From a virus (lineage: Duplodnaviria; Caudoviricetes), in IMG/VR virus record IMGVR_UViG_3300045580_000568, positions 1 through 25,228 of that record: a stretch of DNA of 25,228 bases; one strand, 5' to 3'. Numbering within the stretch: the stretch's first letter is position 1; the number at the start of each line of letters is the position of its first letter. This document shows, one piece after another, positions 23,552-25,228 of this stretch. The notes below the pieces were generated by a model. That model was given only the letters and a program-made list of their open reading frames with translations, ran no database searches and was not told where the DNA came from. The position numbers and the translations under genes were made by a program.

Positions 23552-25228
23552 ATGGAAGAACAAGAAAGCGAAGATGTTCTTATAAAAAAGAGCTTTAGAT
23601 TCACCTCCGACAGGGAGGTTTCTGCATTGAATGTGCCTCGCAACTGGGAGGAAATAAATACTGCTTCATTGGTAAAGCATGCCTCCATGGACAAGGACGG
23701 CATACTTGCGAACAAAAGCGGTAAAAAAATTGATCTAGGCGGATTTGACATAAAGAAGGCAATAGGTGACAATCCTGAGTGCTTGTTTGTAAAGGTTTTT
23801 GCAATTAAAAAGGACGAAGTCAACGACAACGGTGACTATTTTAATGAAACGGAATTAAAGAAGGCTACCAAGACGTTCATAGGAGTCCCTGTTTTTGTCA
23901 ATCATCAAAATGATGACATAGAAAAGGCAAGAGGAAAGGTAGTCCATGCATGGTATGACGATGAGCGCGGTGGCATCTACACCATAAACATGGTGGACAA
24001 AGTTGCTTTTCCTCGTTTGGCAAGGGGTCTAGAGGCTGGTTATGTAACGGGAAGTTCAATGGGATGCTCTGTGGCTTATAGCTGCTGCAGTGTATGCCAT
24101 ACTCGTGCTGCAACTGCCAAAGAATTCTGCAGTCATATAAAAGAGAGGAAAAAGAGACTTTTCACTGGCGAATGCGAGTGCAAGTATCATGACCGTCCCA
24201 ATGCTGGCGAGGAGCCATGTCCTTTGTGTGGCAAGGAAAAGGGCGAGAAGAAGACAAACAAGTTCAAGGATCAGAAGATATTCGAGCACAACTATGGAGT
24301 CAAGTTCATAGAAGACAGTTTTGTTGTAAATCCAGCATGCCATGATTGCCTTGTCGCCGACATACTTAATCCAAGTGAGTTAAGCAAAAAAGTTGCTCAT
24401 GTATCTGATATTATTAAGAAATATGCACAAGAAGCATCATCTCAGGAGCCTAATGATGGGTGCAACGATGGCGGATGCTCTCTTAAGAAAGTGGCTGGAA
24501 CTAAAGAAATAGGCGACCTCAATGAAGCCATGAATAAGATGGAGAGGGTCGTTCGTTCTATGATGGCTCAGAAATCCAAAGTATCCCTTGAATATGTTTC
24601 AGATATAATCAAGGTATGCGCAGATGTTCAGAAGATAGCTGACGAACTTGTAGAGATGGGATATGCCAGACTTCCATCTCCTTCCGAAGATCAGGTTGCA
24701 TATGGAGTAGATACTCATGCTTCTCCCATAACGGCTCAGTCTTCTATTCCTCAGACAACTCCTGAAGCAATGCCTCCTGTTGCTGCGCCTCCTGTTGCTG
24801 CCAGACCTCCGGTCTCCGCTCCTGCTCCGCAGGCCTCCAGTCCACAGACCACAGAGTATGGCGATGACATAGGCAGGGTAACAAAACCTACTTTTATGCC
24901 AAGAAAGTCAGAATCTGCAGAGGATTTTATTAAAATAAGTAATATGATACGCGATAGGGTTTCTAATTTTGCAGAAAAAACAGCGGAGGAATTGGATTTG
25001 GGACTAAGCTCAGACTATCGCGCCACTGACGGCAATCGCTCCATTGTCATTACTACAGATGACGATGGAGATATGTTCGTTACGGCGTTTGAGGGAACAC
25101 GAATGATCAAGTGGGCAAGCGTCGATGCGCTTGATCCAGAAATAAGGAAATTGGCAATGAACGACCCCACGGATGCCGCCAGAAGGTTGTTAATGTCAGA
25201 ATTGGGCGGCTTCAATTGGAGCGAAGAT
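23552..25228 (+). CDS. Prohead (capsid maturation) protease, HK97/assemblin fold with Zn-finger insert, 3'-truncated
   Basis: Not in the ORF track. Open from ATG 23552 to the window end (559 codons). NDNGDYF, TFIGVPVFVNH (His codon 23903), GKVV, LARGL..G...GSSMG (Ser codon 24056), CSVC..CSH, FIEDSFVVNPA, then helical and Pro/Ala-rich regions. Confidence 0.85.
   Translation, partial: MEEQESEDVLIKKSFRFTSDREVSALNVPRNWEEINTASLVKHASMDKDGILANKSGKKIDLGGFDIKKAIGDNPECLFVKVFAIKKDEVNDNGDYFNETELKKATKTFIGVPVFVNHQNDDIEKARGKVVHAWYDDERGGIYTINMVDKVAFPRLARGLEAGYVTGSSMGCSVAYSCCSVCHTRAATAKEFCSHIKERKKRLFTGECECKYHDRPNAGEEPCPLCGKEKGEKKTNKFKDQKIFEHNYGVKFIEDSFVVNPACHDCLVADILNPSELSKKVAHVSDIIKKYAQEASSQEPNDGCNDGGCSLKKVAGTKEIGDLNEAMNKMERVVRSMMAQKSKVSLEYVSDIIKVCADVQKIADELVEMGYARLPSPSEDQVAYGVDTHASPITAQSSIPQTTPEAMPPVAAPPVAARPPVSAPAPQASSPQTTEYGDDIGRVTKPTFMPRKSESAEDFIKISNMIRDRVSNFAEKTAEELDLGLSSDYRATDGNRSIVITTDDDGDMFVTAFEGTRMIKWASVDALDPEIRKLAMNDPTDAARRLLMSELGGFNWSED
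24773..24802 (+). repeat. 15-nt tandem duplication (PPVAA x2) in the protease linker
   Basis: CCTCCTGTTGCTGCG CCTCCTGTTGCTGCC. Confidence 0.8.

Noticed and set aside
519-25215. Minus-strand and nested plus-strand ORFs in the track (e.g. 3436-3852, 15271-15810, 16563-17243, 22325-22708, 22402-22764)
   Set aside because: All overlap well-supported, tightly coupled plus-strand genes, lack motifs, and look like antisense or alternate-frame shadows of biased codon usage.
1-25228. Stop-codon reassignment (seen in some large phages)
   Set aside because: Genes tile the window under the standard code, and TAA, TGA and TAG (13089-13091, 15220-15222) all end genes at sensible boundaries.
1-25228. tRNA, rRNA or structured ncRNA genes
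   Set aside because: Non-coding gaps are all under 60 nt once the frameshift extension is counted, and no cloverleaf or rRNA-like sequence was recognised.

Overview
All-plus-strand, gene-dense, standard-code segment of a large tailed dsDNA bacteriophage (probably jumbo-type), covering the late/structural region. Order: (1) tail end of a nucleotide-heptose/sugar module (HldA-like kinase, HldC-like nucleotidyltransferase, HldD epimerase, cupin, HAD-methyltransferase fusion); (2) six fibre/virion-type genes built from shuffled modules; (3) terminase large subunit; (4) about 14 uncharacterised genes; (5) a portal-like protein with a LAGLIDADG intein and a C-terminal DUF559/Vsr-like nuclease; (6) a Zn-finger-containing HK97/assemblin-fold prohead protease that runs off the window and is missing from the ORF track. 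Signals not visible in the ORF track: a candidate -1 frameshift/slippage at an A9 run (19629-19637) that adds a 70-aa zinc ribbon and overlaps a terminator-like hairpin just upstream of the portal; a GGTAT-N16-TA promoter-like motif in four intergenic gaps; recurrent K/R-x-A-(Q/S) motifs in the putative head proteins (candidate protease sites); a DUF192-WYL fusion; and an unlisted 47-aa ORF. All family calls come from motif recognition by eye, with no database search.
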